Of a stretch of 64,000 nt of DNA, positions 37,562 through 51,489 are shown piece after piece. The translations under genes were made by a program, and so were the position numbers. A model generated the notes under the pieces. That model did no database searches and was not told the origin of the DNA. It worked only from the letters and a program-made list of their open reading frames with translations. Origin of the DNA: Chiloscyllium plagiosum (taxonomy: Eukaryota); the NCBI RefSeq assembly GCF_004010195.1, contig NC_057755.1, positions 5,149,643 to 5,213,642 of the forward strand, written 5' to 3'. The number at the start of each line of letters is the position of its first letter. Position 1 is the first letter of the stretch.

Positions 37562-39906
37562 GTTGGAGGATGTTTTCAACTCAAATTAAGACAGTAAGAT
37601 TTACACTTCCAAAGTCAGCGGCATTTTCTCACTGGTTACTGTCAAATTTCAGCACGAAGGTGTTACCATTTACAGTCCACAGCAGTGGGAGTTCAGTGAC
37701 TGTCTGTACCTGTGTGTGTTTGTTTGTGTTTGTATGTGTATATGCATGTAGCCTGTGTGTCAATCTCTGCCTGAGATGGGAATCCCTTTTTCCTCACGGA
37801 AGTTGGAATGAATGAGTGAAAATGTGATGTATTAAAATCTCAGTCTATATTTCCTGCTCTCTCTCGGTCACTATCTCTTCCACTTTCTCTCTCGCCCTCT
37901 CTCTGTATTCCGTTTGTCTTTAAAGTGATACGATGTGCTGGACTCTACACACCACTAAACGAGCAGCAGTTCATTTTTTTGAAGAAAGCATCAATGTCGA
38001 TGAATCTCTCACATTACACGTTTGTTTCTTTCTTCAAAAAGTGTCTTCAGTGCCACGAAGCAATCGTATTCGATTCCTTACAATGTTGTCTCTGAAGGAG
38101 AAGGAGAAGTACATGCCCAATGTTGGTCTCATTCACCTCCCACCTTCCCCGAGTTTTGAAATCTCTCACTTTGAATTTGTGATAGTATATCGGAAGACGT
38201 TATAAACGTGCAATAAAATTCACTCTGTCTCTTCATGAAGAGTTTCAGTCAGAGCTACCTGGATACAATTTTAGCTGAAACACTCTATTTAATGAGTAAT
38301 GTCAGCAACACTCCTCAAAGACATATCATTAAATCATTTCCACGTTGCAGAGAAAGTACAATATTTGACCATTGAGTTAAAAATCACACAAAGCCAAGTT
38401 ATAGTTCAACATTTGGAAGGTCTAAATTTCAGAGCGTTGCTCCTTCATCAAGTGGTTGTGGACATTAAGGTAGTCCTTCTGAATAGGTCTGTTGGAGTAT
38501 AACCTGGAGTTGTGTGCTTTTTAACTTTGACATCACAACCCAACAATGGCTCCTCCACATTACTTGTCCACTGAGTGTTTTCCGCGCTGAGGGATGTCAG
38601 TACAATTGTGATCCTCTCCACACGAGGCTTGTGTGTAATTATTGATTTGACTGTGTATGTGTGTGTGTGCGCAAGTGTGTGTATGTGTGTGTGTAAATAT
38701 GTATTTGCTGTCAGTTTGGATGTTGATGTGAGTTGATATGCTCCCCCTCACTCTGACCAAATCCCTGAGGGTGTTCACCCTCAATCAATTGTGGTGGCGC
38801 AAGGAGGCTAGCAGGGGGTGCCATTGTGTCACTTTCAGCACACTGAGTGTTGATTGTATGATTTTCGTTCTGGAACCATAAACAGGGAGTTTCTGGTTAG
38901 ACTGCATTGGAGTAGTAGCCCACGGGAATTGGGAAGCTTGATCTGAAAAGTACAGAGCTCAGCCATTTATTGCCATGTGATGGTGGGTGGGTTCTGATAA
39001 TGTCCTGTCATCACATGTCACAATTTTTCACAACGAAATTTCTCAGTTCGGTGTTTGAGTTATCAAATTTGAGGCTGCTGATTTTTCCTTGAGCAGTGAG
39101 ACCACGCAGATAATAGTGAAACATTTTCTGATGAGCTATCCTATTTAATTTAATGAGAACCCTCCTCAGGAATTAATTTGATGGAAACTCACATGATAGG
39201 TGTTAGTCAGTAGGAAATTCCATTTCCTTGGCAAATTCCTTTGGTTTGTTCCACGATAGTGAACCCGTATATTCCCAGCTCAACTCTCTTCCTGCACTGG
39301 ATACAGGAGTCTCTGCCAGGACTGTGATGGAATACACACCATTTGCCTCGGATGGGGGCAGCTCCAACAACACTCAAGAATTTCGACACCATCCAGAGAT
39401 CATCTAGAGATAATGCAGCTACCGCTTGATTTGCACCACAGTCAAAAACAAATACCGTCTACCCCAGCGACGCTCAGTAGCAGCAGTGTATACCAGTTAC
39501 AAGATACACTGCAGGAGCTCAGCAAAGATCCTCAAGCAGCACCTTCCAAACACACAGCCACTTCCATCGAGAAGGACAAGGCGCTCACATCCATGGGGTC
39601 CACAACAGCTGCAAGTTCCGCTCCAAGCCCCTCACCATTCTGACTTGGAAATCTATGGCCATTCCTTCCTGGGTCAGAATCCTGGAATGCCCTCCCTTAG
39701 GGACATTATCAGTCTAACCTACAGCACATGACCTACAGCAGTACAAAATGACAGCTCCTGCCCACCTTCTCAAGGTGGGGGCAACTAGGAATGAGGCAAT
39801 AAATGCATAGACCACTAGCGATGTCCGCATCTCAAGAGGGAACATTAAAATGTCATTCCATGGTCTGTAAATGATAGAAACTTCCTTATGGTTTCACTGA
39901 GGAGTT

Positions 39907-40808
39907 TTATTTATTCATAATGCAAGGAATTTTTGTAACCAGGTATTTCACTGAATTGCTGATCTTCGCTCTAAACCTGGACAATGTTGCTGCATAAATG
40001 AATGTGTTTGTGCAACAGCTTAGGTTCTGCAGCATGTAACCGATAATACTGAGATGATTCATAAAAGGCGTGTAAGTGTCAGGATCGATTCCTTGAGTGA
40101 CACCATATACGAAGTCTGCAACAGCGATTAACCACAGGAGGATGAAGCTTCCAGAGATGGTGAAGAGCAGAATCACAGACTTCCTTCTGCTCTCCATCTC
40201 TGGGTCTCTACAATTCTCTCCTTTGCTCTCACCCTTCAGTCTCTTCCGGACTCTACTTGTCACCAAAATGTGTCTGACTGTCAGGGCATTGAGCAACAGA
40301 ATTAAAGCGAACGGCAGTAAAGGCGTTAAAACAATGTCAAACCAATCTAATGCCACCCACCAAGTCTCAGTATAGTAGCTTGATTTTGTATCACAGTAAA
40401 ATGGCACATTGTTTATTATCATCAAAGGTTCATATTCAAAATAGAAGCGGATGTTTTTGAAACACAACAGGATGCAAGTTGTTCCTAGAACTATAGTCGC
40501 AGTTTTCTTAGTGCAATATTTTGTTTTCAGCTTCTGATAGCAAATGGTCACAAATCGGTCAAAGGAGAAAGTAACGGTGAACCAGACAGAGCAGTCAGTG
40601 GCAGCACGGGCCAGGACCTCAGTAACAATACACACAGGAGTGATGTCCAGGAAAGAACGAGGGTAATAATTAAAGCGAGAACTCGTCAGTATAATACCAG
40701 TGAAAATTACCATCAGATCGGCAGCGGCCATAACCACCAGGTAGCGAGTCGTGCAAGGGGTAACACCACATTTCCCCTGGGAAAGGATAATGATCGCCAG
40801 CAAGTTAA
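39907..40808 (-). CDS. GPR139-like class A GPCR gene A, coding exon 2 (TM1-TM7; spliced protein 322 aa)
   Basis: Pyrimidine-rich acceptor tcttttttatttatgttcacag|TT AAC TTG, open to TAA at 39907. Seven hydrophobic segments with YLVVMAAADL (TM2), CSVWFTVTFSFDRFV (TM3, DRF), LTPLLPFALILLLN (TM5), FILLWL (TM6) and SCCTNTFIY..LSRFR (TM7/helix 8). This motif pattern resembles the GPR139/GPR142 group. Confidence 0.92.
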
Positions 40809-41676
40809 CTGTGAACATAAATAAAAAAGACGCTGTGAGTTTCGAGGGAATCAACAAAGAAGTTGACTCCTAAAACCAGCACACCCTGTGAGTGGAATTG
40901 TTTGGGATTGACTGATTCTGAATTTTAAATTTTTTATACTCATCTCAGATAGGCCCCAGCCCAGTTACTCCAGAGATTATGAAATTTAGACACATATTTA
41001 ACTCATTCTCACTCACCGTAGTTAGATGAAGCTTTCAAACTTAATACGAGACACATATTTTTCATAAAACTGAAAGAACCTCACATGTTGTAAAGGGTGA
41101 GAACTCGCTTCCAAAATGGTATGGATGCTGGGTCATTTGTGAATTTTAAATGTGTGAAAGAGTTTCTTTAATTATCCAAAGGAATTGAAGAATAGGCACC
41201 AGAAAATCGGGAGCTGCTGCAAAGCTCAGCAGGTCTGGCAGGATCTGTGAAGAGAAATTACAGTTAACATTTCTGATCCATTCTGAGGAAGGGTCGCGAG
41301 ACCAGAAAAGTTAACTTTGACTTCACTATACATGTTTTGGAAGGCCTGCTGAGCTTTCCAAGGAGAGGTAACGTTTAGGGTCCAGTAACCTTCGTTCAGA
41401 ACTTACTTTCCAGATTTCACTTCATACCTTCAAACCGTATGGAACCGGGACAGATGACAGAACATAGGATCAGAAAAAGTTGCAGCAGCAGTGACGTTGG
41501 GAGTATCTGACAGTGGAGAATTGGTCCGAGAATGCTGCTCAGTTACCTGCTATGATTTGTCCCATATCTTGACAACGCTGACCAGTCAGTGAGCTGGAAA
41601 CGTTACTCTTGAAAAGATAAAACGAGAGAGCATATCAACAGCAGATTAAACAAGTTCAATTGTCATAATGCCATAC

Positions 41677-41743
41677 CAGGGATGCCAATGAGAGCAAGGA
41701 TGGTGCAGAACACTCTCTCCACGTGATCAATCGGTGTAAGCAT
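41677..41743 (-). CDS. GPR139-like GPCR gene A, coding exon 1 (67 nt: MLTPIDHVERVFCTILALIGIP + G)
   Basis: The ATG is at 41743-41741, followed by 22 codons and a phase-1 donor CCT G|gtatgg. It splices in frame to the acceptor at 40808 to give ...IGIP-V-NLLAIIILS (TM1). A TATA-like box lies ~88 nt upstream. Confidence 0.88.
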
Positions 41744-41830
41744 CTTTCTGCGCGATGTGATGTGTCCCTTTAGGCAGCTGACAAGCTCGTTTTTTGAATC
41801 TCTGAGCTGATGTAGTCCCAGAGATGCTGC

Positions 41831-41847
41831 CTTATACTGTGTGGAAG
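41831..41847 (-). promoter_or_regulatory. TATA-like core promoter of gene A (CTTCCACACAGTATAAG)
   Basis: Lies ~88 nt upstream of the ATG. Conserved in the pseudogene (cttccacgctgtataag, 12883-12899) and resembles gene B (cttcccgcagatataaa). Confidence 0.6.
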
Positions 41848-43016
41848 CTCCTTGGGGACATTGAGGTAACAGCATTAAGCTTTGTTATTGTTTTTTTTAA
41901 TTTCGGGCAATGAACAAAGTAATTGCAACAATGAGTTTAATCCCAGTTATGAACCATGATGCTGCTGAGAACATCGCAATGAAATAACAAAAACAGAATC
42001 TGGAATCTCCCAGCAATAACACTGTCCACTCAAACACCATGATCCCCTTCCTGAGGTGACAAATTATTTCAATCAATGCGGCATTTTGACTGTTTATTCC
42101 AAGTGTGAAAATATCTCTCAAAGCTGTCTTTCTGTACTCGAATGTTGGAGCTGCCCTCTTTCAACAAACATCTTCACTCACTGATTGAAATGCCATTCTT
42201 CTCACACAGTGAACATGTGCATGGTTAGCTGAGATCAGCAATGATCTCAATTGCCCAGGATCTGGAGCTACATGAAGGATGAAGTGAGGAAAACATCCAG
42301 CCTTTCCTGGGAGAAGTGGAATCATTGATTAAGATGGCTTCCAGAAATGTGTGCATCATTGACCTCACTGTTATTGTCGCTATCCATCCAAATACATCAC
42401 TGACCTTACTTTTCGGCTCAGACTTTCTTCAAATATGGGACGGACATCACTCGAAGTGTCGCTCTGCGACACTGACCTCACTCTTGTTATCACTGTTTCT
42501 TCAGGAATACCACTCACCTCACTGTTACTGCCAATCCTAAACTAGGTACATCCCTGACTTCACTCTTATTGTCATTCTCCACCCGTTTTCTGAATGATAT
42601 TGGGATTAATGGTTCAGGAAATGATGATCTAATACCCTTCAGTTTTAATTAAATAGTAAGAGTTTAATCTTTATCAATAAGTGGGGATTAATGCAAGACA
42701 CATTCGAAACGAGCACTGAACCTAACGATATGGCAGAAATACTGAATGAATATTTTTCATTTTTCTTTTATGCATTGAAGTTGAACATTTGAGTAGAACA
42801 GTGATCGATAAAGTAGTGATGATAAAAAAGCAGGCAGCACTCCAGGTAAAGACGTCACCATACCCCGATAGGATTGGTCCTAGGTTACTAAGAGAGCAGA
42901 GGGAGCAAGTTGCAAAGTTCTTGACAGAAATTCTCAGGCCTCTCTGAATGCATGAACAGTCCTGGTGCAATGGGGGATTCCAAATGTGACTACGTTCTTG
43001 AATGTCAATGCAGTAC

Positions 43017-46000
43017 AGACCTGTTAGGTTGTTGTCAAGAGTGGAGGCCTTCCTTGGTGGAGATCATCGTACAGGACAAGATGAATATACACTTAGAAAT
43101 AAAGAAGTTAATACTAGACGGCTAAAAATGGCACTGTCAACAGCGGCTCCTGTCTGACAAATTTGATTGAGTGCTTTGTCGATATCAGACTATCAGTAAG
43201 TGAGGGTTGTACTGTGGATATTGTCTATTCAGACGTTCAGAAAATATGTGATGCAGTGCCCCATGAGAGCTTGGTTAGAAAATGAGATATGTTTGGGATT
43301 GAGTGTTCCTTGGCAACATAGATTAGATGTTCGGTATAGAATGGCATTTCTTACTTTGGGGATGAGATGAAGGCAACTTTCTGTACGGACTGGTGCTTGG
43401 ACTGTTGCTTTTTCTGATTTGGAGCTGCCTGTTGACGGCAAAATGAATTAATTTGTAGATGATGCTCGATGGGGAAGATAGTGAACTGTGAGGATGATGC
43501 CGACTGACTTCACAGGAACATTGCAAAAGGGTCCAAATCGTCAGATACTGGGCAGATTTCTTTTTGCCAAGAAACGTGAGGTGAAGCATTTTGTTAGAAG
43601 TAACACGGAGGCACAATACAGGTTTGATAGTCCAACTTCGACGGGAGTAGAGCAGGCGAGGGACTTCAGTGTGAGTGTGCATGGTTCTCTGATGGTGGCC
43701 AGGCAAGTTGAAACGGTTGTGAAGAAGACAGCTATGATCCTGAGGTCGATAAATATACGCTTAAAATATCAAAACAAGGCAGTGTTGCTTCACTACTCTC
43801 AATCATTGGACTGACTATGTTTGCTTCAGTTCTGAGCGCCTTGTTTAAGCAAGGACATTCGTGCCCCAGAGAGAGTACATTGGAATTCAGATACAATGAA
43901 GTGTTGTTCACCTTGGAGCAAGGAAGGGTTCGAGATGACCTTTCAAAATATCCAAACAAGGATTGTTTGTTTCCACTAGTTGATTTGTCAGTAACTTGGG
44001 GTCACAACTTCAACATGGTCAGCAAGAAAGCTCAGAAAGAGATGAGGCAAAACGTCTTTAATCAGAGGGATGTTATGATTTGGAATGCACTGCCTGGGAG
44101 GATGGTGAAGGCAGATTCTGTCAGAGGTTTGAAAACACAGCAGGATGCATATTTGAATGTGATGTCTCCCAGGATGGTCATTACCATGATTAAGATAATG
44201 CTGTTTAAGGGTGGTCCATTCCAGCATTGTCTCTTGTACATGGTTCCCCTATGCTGTATTGGTGGTGGAGTGATTTACTCATTGCAGGATTCCTCGACAT
44301 TGGCAAATTCAGATGCCCTGAAAACTTACATGTCGTACATTTGAGAACAACCTGAGATTTGCTAAGACTATATTGAATGGGGGAGCGGTCTTGGAAGAGT
44401 TAAATTCGTGCTCTTGCTTTGTAAATTCTTACAGGATACAATGATTCGTTGTAATGGTAGATAATGCACTTGTACCCTGGTTATGATTAGATTAGATTCC
44501 CTACAGTGTGGAAACAGGGCCTTTGGTCCACACCGACCCTCCAAAGAGAAACCAATCCAGATCCAGTTCCCTCTGACTGTATGGGCACCTAACACTATGG
44601 GCAATTTCGCACGGCCAATCCACCTGACCTGCACGTCTTCAGACTGTGGGAGGAAATCGGAGCACCCAGAGGAAACCCACGCAGACACGGGGAGAATTTG
44701 CAAACTTCACACAGACAGTCACCTGAGGGCGGAATCAAACTCGGGACTCAGTGACGCAGCACTGCGAACCACTGAGCCACTGTGCCGCCGCAGCAGCAAG
44801 TAGGTAATTGGTTCGTGGACAATTGCTGATGACTATGTGCCTGCCCACAGAATCTTACAGCACTGAAGGGAGGAGAGGGCCCTTCAGCTAATTGAGGCCA
44901 TCCCACCAAGCATGCACTACGGCCTACATCAGTCACCCTGTCACATACCAGACACATAGCCTGGAAAGTTGTGACACCTCAAATGCTCATCCAAGGTTAT
45001 GCACTTTACTACCTCAAATCGCTTCCCACGAGTGCATTCCAGACACCCACCAACCTCCGACAGTGTGTTAACCTGCCCTCAAATCCCCTCCAAACCTCCT
45101 GCATTTCGGTTTAAACTTTTATCTCCTCGTTATTGAGCCTTTGACTGAGGGGAACAGTTGATTCCAAACACCTGTCTACCCCCCCTTCAGAATCTTATGC
45201 ATCTCCAAATTTTTCTGCGCCACACAAAACCTATCCAGCCTCTCTCTGTTGCTGCAATGCCCCATCCAGCGCTAACATTCTGGGGCATATGCGTCTGAAG
45301 ACTTCCCCAAGTACAACTCATGTTTCTCAGTGTGCAAACTAAAACTGCTCACAGTCCTCCAGCTGTGGACTCACCAACGTCCTGTCCAACTCCAACATCA
45401 CCTCCCTCCTCTCACAATCTATGCCAGGCATGCATCCCATATTCCCTCTTAACTCCTGCATTAACCTGCTCTGTCACATTCAGGGATCTGTAGGCTATCA
45501 TATCTAAATTACACTCTTTCCCTTTCACCTTTCTAGTCTCCTGCTATTCACTGAGTTATCACTTGTATTGTTCTTTTGGCCAAATTGCACCCTCCAACTC
45601 CCCAGTCTTCATCTCCACCTGCCACTGATCCGCCTATATGAACAATCTGTTCCGATCCTCCAGTAACTGAACACCTTGCTCCTCACTGTCGATTCACGGA
45701 TAATCTTTGTGTCATCTCCAAACATCACCAACAATAAGCATTCCGCTTTGATTGCTGTGGAACATCACATCGCATCAGGCCCCTGTTTCTCTATCTCTCT
45801 CCCACATACACACTCACATAGCCTTCTGCTTACAAACTCTGCCCCCTTTTCACGGAGATAATTCTGGATTCATCTTGCCAGGTCATTATGGATCCGTCAG
45901 CGTTTACCTGCATTTTCAAACTGCCATGTGGCACCCCGTCAAAAGTTTTCATGAAATGTCGACCCAGCCACATTACATGTGGAACCCACTAGCCCAGGGT

Positions 46001-46741
46001 ATGCAGCACCTGGGGACATTGACAAAGATGAAGGAGGTCTGCAATGATTTTGAAGGAACGACGTGTTGAAGGAATTATGGAGAACGGACGGGAAAGTGGA
46101 TTTGAGACCAAGGCAAGATCTGCCATGATCAGAGTCAAGGGTGCAGCAGGTTCGAGGGACTCAACGGTCTCCTGCCGCTTCTGGCTCTTGTGTGATTGGT
46201 TCCCAGGTTGCTGAATAGCCCGTGGGTGTGAATAGTTCAAGGGGAAGCAGTTTGCCCCCTTTGTGTTGAAGGAGCTACCTCTGTTCTCTGCAGTAAAAAA
46301 AAGCTCGAGCTTGAAAAGAGAGAGTTTCTTTCAGTACAGCGGTTAATACCTTCCCACAGCACCTCAGAGACTTTGTAACTGTGTATCAGTCACTCTGTAA
46401 CTCCCACAAAAAACTACCATAGCCGGGGAAGAGGGAGGATCAAAGGCCAGCAGATCCTTACCAGCCAAAAGTAATATCCCTTCGGACCGTGCTGACAAGG
46501 ATTAATATGCTCACTTCCCAGTCTTTCCCTCCATCTGCAACATCCATTTTCCTTTGTGTCTTTCTACAGCAGACGATTCTTCAATGGTGTTCTAATGTAT
46601 TTAATGACATTACATATTCTTGGCTCATATTTGCTTGAGTCTAGCTTTTACCTATTCCTAATGGACATTGACTCGTATTCAGGACAGGATCCTGATCTGT
46701 GCATTCTAACAATCTGCGTCTTAATTGTAGCTGCGCTGTGG
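43017..46741 (+). repeat. Old direct segmental duplication, copy 2
   Basis: Collinear with 31871-35098. Carries an extra HE1 SINE at 44483-44790. Confidence 0.85.
44483..44790 (-). mobile_element. HE1-type tRNA-derived SINE
   Basis: Minus-strand head cggcggcacagtggctcagtggtt..gtttgattcc (A/B boxes), central gtgtgaagtttgcaaattctccccgtgtctgcgtgggtttcc, and tail aatctaatctaatc. Confidence 0.9.
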
Positions 46742-46779
46742 GTCTGAAATAGGATCAGGATTGGTACCTGAATCCGCAA

Positions 46780-49745
46780 GGATATCCATCCTATTGAAAA
46801 CAAAGACAGATGAGCTGAGGGGCAGTGTAACCTTATCAGTAAGAAATTAAATAAAATCAATAGTAAGAAATAAAGTACGGTCAGATGGTGTAGAATCTGC
46901 GTGGGTAGATTTGAGGAATAGCAATGGTTAGAAAAAAAAACATAATTGGAATTATGAACAGACTTCCAAACAATAGTCATGAGATGTGACGCAAGATACA
47001 CCAAAAGATAGAAGAGAGTCGAATTTGTAAGAGTGTCCAAGAATTTGTTCTGATTCAGTATGTGCATATATCTCCGAGAGAAGGTGGAAAACTTTACCGT
47101 CTCTTGGGGATTAAGGCAGGGCAGATGAGTAAGGTGTCAGTGAGGGAGCATTTTGGGGCTAGCGACCATAATACTATTAGATTTAAAATAGTGATGCAAA
47201 AGGATAAACCAGATCAAAAATTGAAGTTCCAATTTGGGGAAAGGACAAATTAAAGGTACTAGGCAAAAACTTTCAAAAGCTGATTGGGGGCAAATGTTCG
47301 CAGGTAAAGGGATGGCTGGGAAATGGGAAGCATTCGGAAATGAGATAACGAGAATCCAGTGAAAGCATATTCCTGTTAGGGTGAAAGGAAAGGCTGGTAG
47401 ACATAAGGAATGTTGGATGACTAAAGAAATTGTGGGTTGGTTAAGAAAAAAGAAGGAAGAATAAGTAAGATATGGACAGGAGAGATCGAGTGAATCCTGA
47501 GAAGAATATAAAGGCATAGGAGTATACTGGAGACGGAAATCAGGAGGGCAAAAAGGGGATATGAGATAGGTTTGGCAAATAGAATGAAGGAGAATCCAAA
47601 GGGGTTTTCCAAATGCATTGAGAACAAAAGGGTAACTGGGGAGAGAATAGGACCCCTCAAAGATCAGCAAGGTGGCTTTCGTGGAGCCGCAGAAAATGGG
47701 GGAGATACTAAACAAACATTTTGTATCAGTATTTACTGTAGAAAAGGACATGGAAGATATAGAATGTCGGGCAATAGATGGTGACAGCTTGGAAATATCC
47801 ACATTACAGAGGAGGAAGTTCTGGATGCCTTGAAACGGTTAAAGGTGAATGAATTCCCAGGACCTTATCAGGTGTTCCCTAGAACTCGGTGGGAAACGAG
47901 GGAAGTGATTGCTGGGCCTGTTGCTGAGATACTTATATCATCGATAGTCACAGGTGAGGTGCCAGAAGACCGGAGGTTGACTAACGTGGTGACACTGTTT
48001 ATGAAGGGTAGTAAGGAAAAGCCAAGAATCGATAGACCAGTGAGTCTGAAGTCGGTTATGGGCACTTGTTCGAGGGAATCCTAAGGAACAGGATGTATAT
48101 GCATTTGGAAAGGCAAGGATTGATGAGGGATAGTCAACATGGCTTTGTGCATGGGAAGTCATGTCGCACAAACTTGATTGAGTTTTTTGAAGATGTAGCA
48201 AAGATAATTGATAAGGGAATGTACATGTGACCTATATGAACTTTAGTAATGATTTCGACAAGGTTCCTCATGGAAAACTGGTTAGCAAGGTTAGATGTAA
48301 TGGAATACAGGGAAAATTAGCCATTTGGATACTGAACTGGTTCAAATGTAGAAGACAGAGAGTGGTTGTGGAGTGTAGTTTTTCAGCCTGGAGGCGTGTG
48401 ACCAGTGGATTGCCACAAGGATCGGTGCTATGTCCTCTACTTTTCAACATTTACATAAATGATTTGGATGTGAGCAGAAGAAGTATGGTTAGCAACTTTG
48501 TAGACAACATTAAAATTGGAGGTGTAGTGGACAGGGAAGAAGGTTACCTCGGATTACAATTGGATCTTGATCAGATGGGCGAATAGGCTGAGAAGTGGCA
48601 GATGGAGTTTAATTCAGATAAATGCGAGGTGCTGCATTTTGAGAAAGCAAACCTTAGCAGGACTTATACGGTTAATGGTAAGGTCCGAGGGAGTGTTGCT
48701 GAACATTAGAGTTCGGGTTTATAGCTCCTTGAAAATTTGGTCGAAGGTAGATAGGATAGTGAAGAAGACGCTTGGTTTGCTTTCCTGTATTGGTCAGAGT
48801 ATTGAGTACAGAAGTTTCGGCTGTACAGGACATTGATTAGGTCACTGTTGGAATATTGTGTGCAATTCCTGTCTCCTTCCTTTTGGTAAGATGTTGTGAA
48901 ACTTGAAAGGGTTCGGAAAAGATTTACAAGGATGTTGTCAGCGTTCAAGGATTTGAATTATAGGAGGAGGCTGAACAGACTGGGGCTGTTTTCCCTGGAG
49001 CGTCGGAGGCTGAGGGATGACTTTAGAGTGGTTTGTAAAATTATGAGTGGCAGGGATAGGATAAATAAATAAAGTCGTTTCTTTGGGGTGGGGGAGTCCA
49101 CAACTAGACGGCAAAGGTTTAGGGTGAGAGGGGAAAGATATAAAAGAGACCTGAGGGGAAACCTTTTCACACAGAGGGTGGTACGTGTATGGAATGAGCT
49201 GCCAGAGGAAGTGGTGGAGGCTGAAGCAATTGCAATTTTTAAAAGGCATTTGGATGGGTATATCAAAAGGAAGGGTTTGGAGGGATATGGACCAGGTGCT
49301 GGCATGTAGAAACAGGTTGGGATATCTAGTTGGTATGTACGGATTGAACCCGAATGGTCTGTTTCCATTCTGTACAACTCTATGACTCTGTGGGATGTGC
49401 AGGAAAAGCAAAGTTACAATATTCATGGGGGATTTCAATATACAAGTGGACCAGGAAAATTAGTTTGGTAGTGGTTTGGAAGAAATCGAATTCGTAGAAT
49501 GTCTACAATATGGAACAGCTTCTGGTGGACCTCATTAGTGACAGGCAACTCTCGATGTAGTGTTTTGCAATGAGGTAGACTTTATAAGGGACATTAAGGT
49601 GAAGGCATCTTTAGGTGACAGTGATCATAAAATGATTGAATTTACTGCGTAGTTTGTGGGGGAGAAGATAGAATCAGAGGTAACGGCATTACAGCTGAAC
49701 AAAATCAATGCCAGAGACATTAGGAAGGAGCTGGGTAGAATTGAC
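46780..49745 (+). mobile_element. Nested CR1 LINEs: inner copy ~47015-49390 within the endonuclease region of an older CR1
   Basis: The inner copy has FGASDHN, FDKVPHGKL, LPQGSVLCP and FTQRVVRVWNELP, with tail ctctatgactct. The outer copy has ESAWVDLRN before the insertion and MGDFNIQVD after it. Confidence 0.85.
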
Positions 49746-50159
49746 TGCGAGTATGTGTATGCGTGTGTGAGTGTGTGTATGTGTGTCTGTCTGTGCACAT
49801 GTGGTTGTGCTGATGGTGCTGTCATTTTGGATGTTGTCATGTGTTGCAGGGGGACCTCTCTCTCAACCTGAGCGTTTTCACATATCACCACCCCATGTCC
49901 AGATGTGTGGGGACGCCATCAGATGGTGAAAATATATCACTATCAACACAAGGACGTTTGTTTGAATTATTCTGACGCTGTATCCATTGACAGGACGTTT
50001 CTGATTGGTGTGTTGCTGCTTTCTGTTTTCATCCTTTTTAGGTCAAATCTAGTTATTTCTCGTTGTCCAATCGTTCTGTTGCATGCTGTTTTTTCAACGG
50101 TCTGGCTATGGCATGGTGTCTCACACGCTGTGAAAGTAGGTGTCAATATCTGCAAGTAG

Positions 50160-51250
50160 TTTCTCTGCTTTCTGAATATATTCGGTCTTGACCACAAACA
50201 GCAGTACTACAAATCCAACCCAAACTCATGATCAGATACGTGGATGACACATTTTTTATCACGAAGAGAACAGAAATCGAAAAAGCACATAGAATAATCA
50301 ATACCATACTCACAGGCATCAGGATTACGAGAGGGAAGGATACCAACAATCGACTCCCATTCCTGGATGTGATGGCACAAAGAACACAGAACGGTGCACG
50401 CAACACAATAATAGACAGGAAAGCAGCACACACCGACCAGGTCCAGAATTACAACAAAAATAACCAAATACACACAAGTGAGGCTGCATCATGACCCTCT
50501 TCAAAAAGCCTACAACACTTTAGCACTGGCTACCTCTGAAGGGAAGAAAAAGAACACCTCTACAGAGGCTTCACCAAGAACGGATATCTCTGCAACTTCA
50601 ACTACAGACAAACGTAATAAGGACATGCCATGACCAAACTTACTAACCATGCTAACTGACATAGAACAAAAGTCTTGGAACGAACAGCCACACTTTTCTG
50701 ACCAATGGGATTCATGACAGCTCAGACAACAACTCACCAGAACAAAAGATGCTCTCCCCGTCATGTGCAAAACAAACATAATTTACAAGATTCCATGCAA
50801 AGATTGCACGCTCCACCAGAAAGGAGAAGCAGGCAGCAAACTCACAAACCGCATCCCCCAACAGCAATCAGCCACTAAATGCCACGACCAGCTGTCTCTC
50901 GTCGAACGCAGATGAAATGAGCACAAATTCGACTGGAACAACACAAGGATCAAAGGACAAGATAAACAGAGGGCAGCCAGACAATTTCTACAAGCATGGC
51001 ACACATCTACGGACTCCAGCAACAAACACATTGACCTCGACTCAATATACCAGTCACTACAACGAACGACCGAAACCAGCAACTGGAAGCAGCAGTAACG
51101 GAACTAAATACATTCCAGAAGACACAGTACTGCAGCGGTCAGGGCTCCAAAGACTGAACATGTCACCGAGACAGGGGACGAAATATCTGCAAATCGCCTT
51201 CCCAGTTCGGCAAACCACAATATGACAACTGACACCCGAGCGACAAATCT
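50160..51250 (+). mobile_element. Penelope-like element (RT C-terminus, GIY-YIG endonuclease, pLTR with hammerhead-like motif)
   Basis: RYVDDTF..LPFLDV..RKAAHTDQ, then NIIYKIPCKDC and HKFDWNNT. ctgaacatgtcacc..ggggacgaaa at 51153-51183. Confidence 0.9.
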
Positions 51251-51489
51251 TGATTGTTACACACTGCTGGTTGTTTGCGGTGGTGGTGGAGGGATTTACT
51301 CACTGCAGGATTCCTAAAATGAGACATGTTCTAATACCTCCATTCTTAGACGAGATAACTAAAGTTAATTTCAATCTGAGATCAGCCACTCATTGCATTG
51401 AATGGGGGAACAGGCTGGAGTAGCTGAATTCCCTGTTCCTGCTCGCGGTTTGTGTGTTCTTAAAGATGGCTATAATTTTGCTTTTTTAA

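Noticed and set aside
40809..40857. ORF-track N-terminus MLIPSKLTASFLFMFT of receptor A
   Set aside because: This is intronic polypyrimidine tract read through from a non-ATG start. The true N-terminus comes from exon 1 at 41743.
41744..41875. Upstream in-frame ATG extending exon 1 of gene A
   Set aside because: It lies 5' of the conserved TATA-like box and has no counterpart in gene B, so it is probably not transcribed.
47137..47802. 221-aa minus-strand ORF (and the 200-aa ORF at 52216-52818)
   Set aside because: These are antisense or off-frame readings of CR1 and Penelope remnants.
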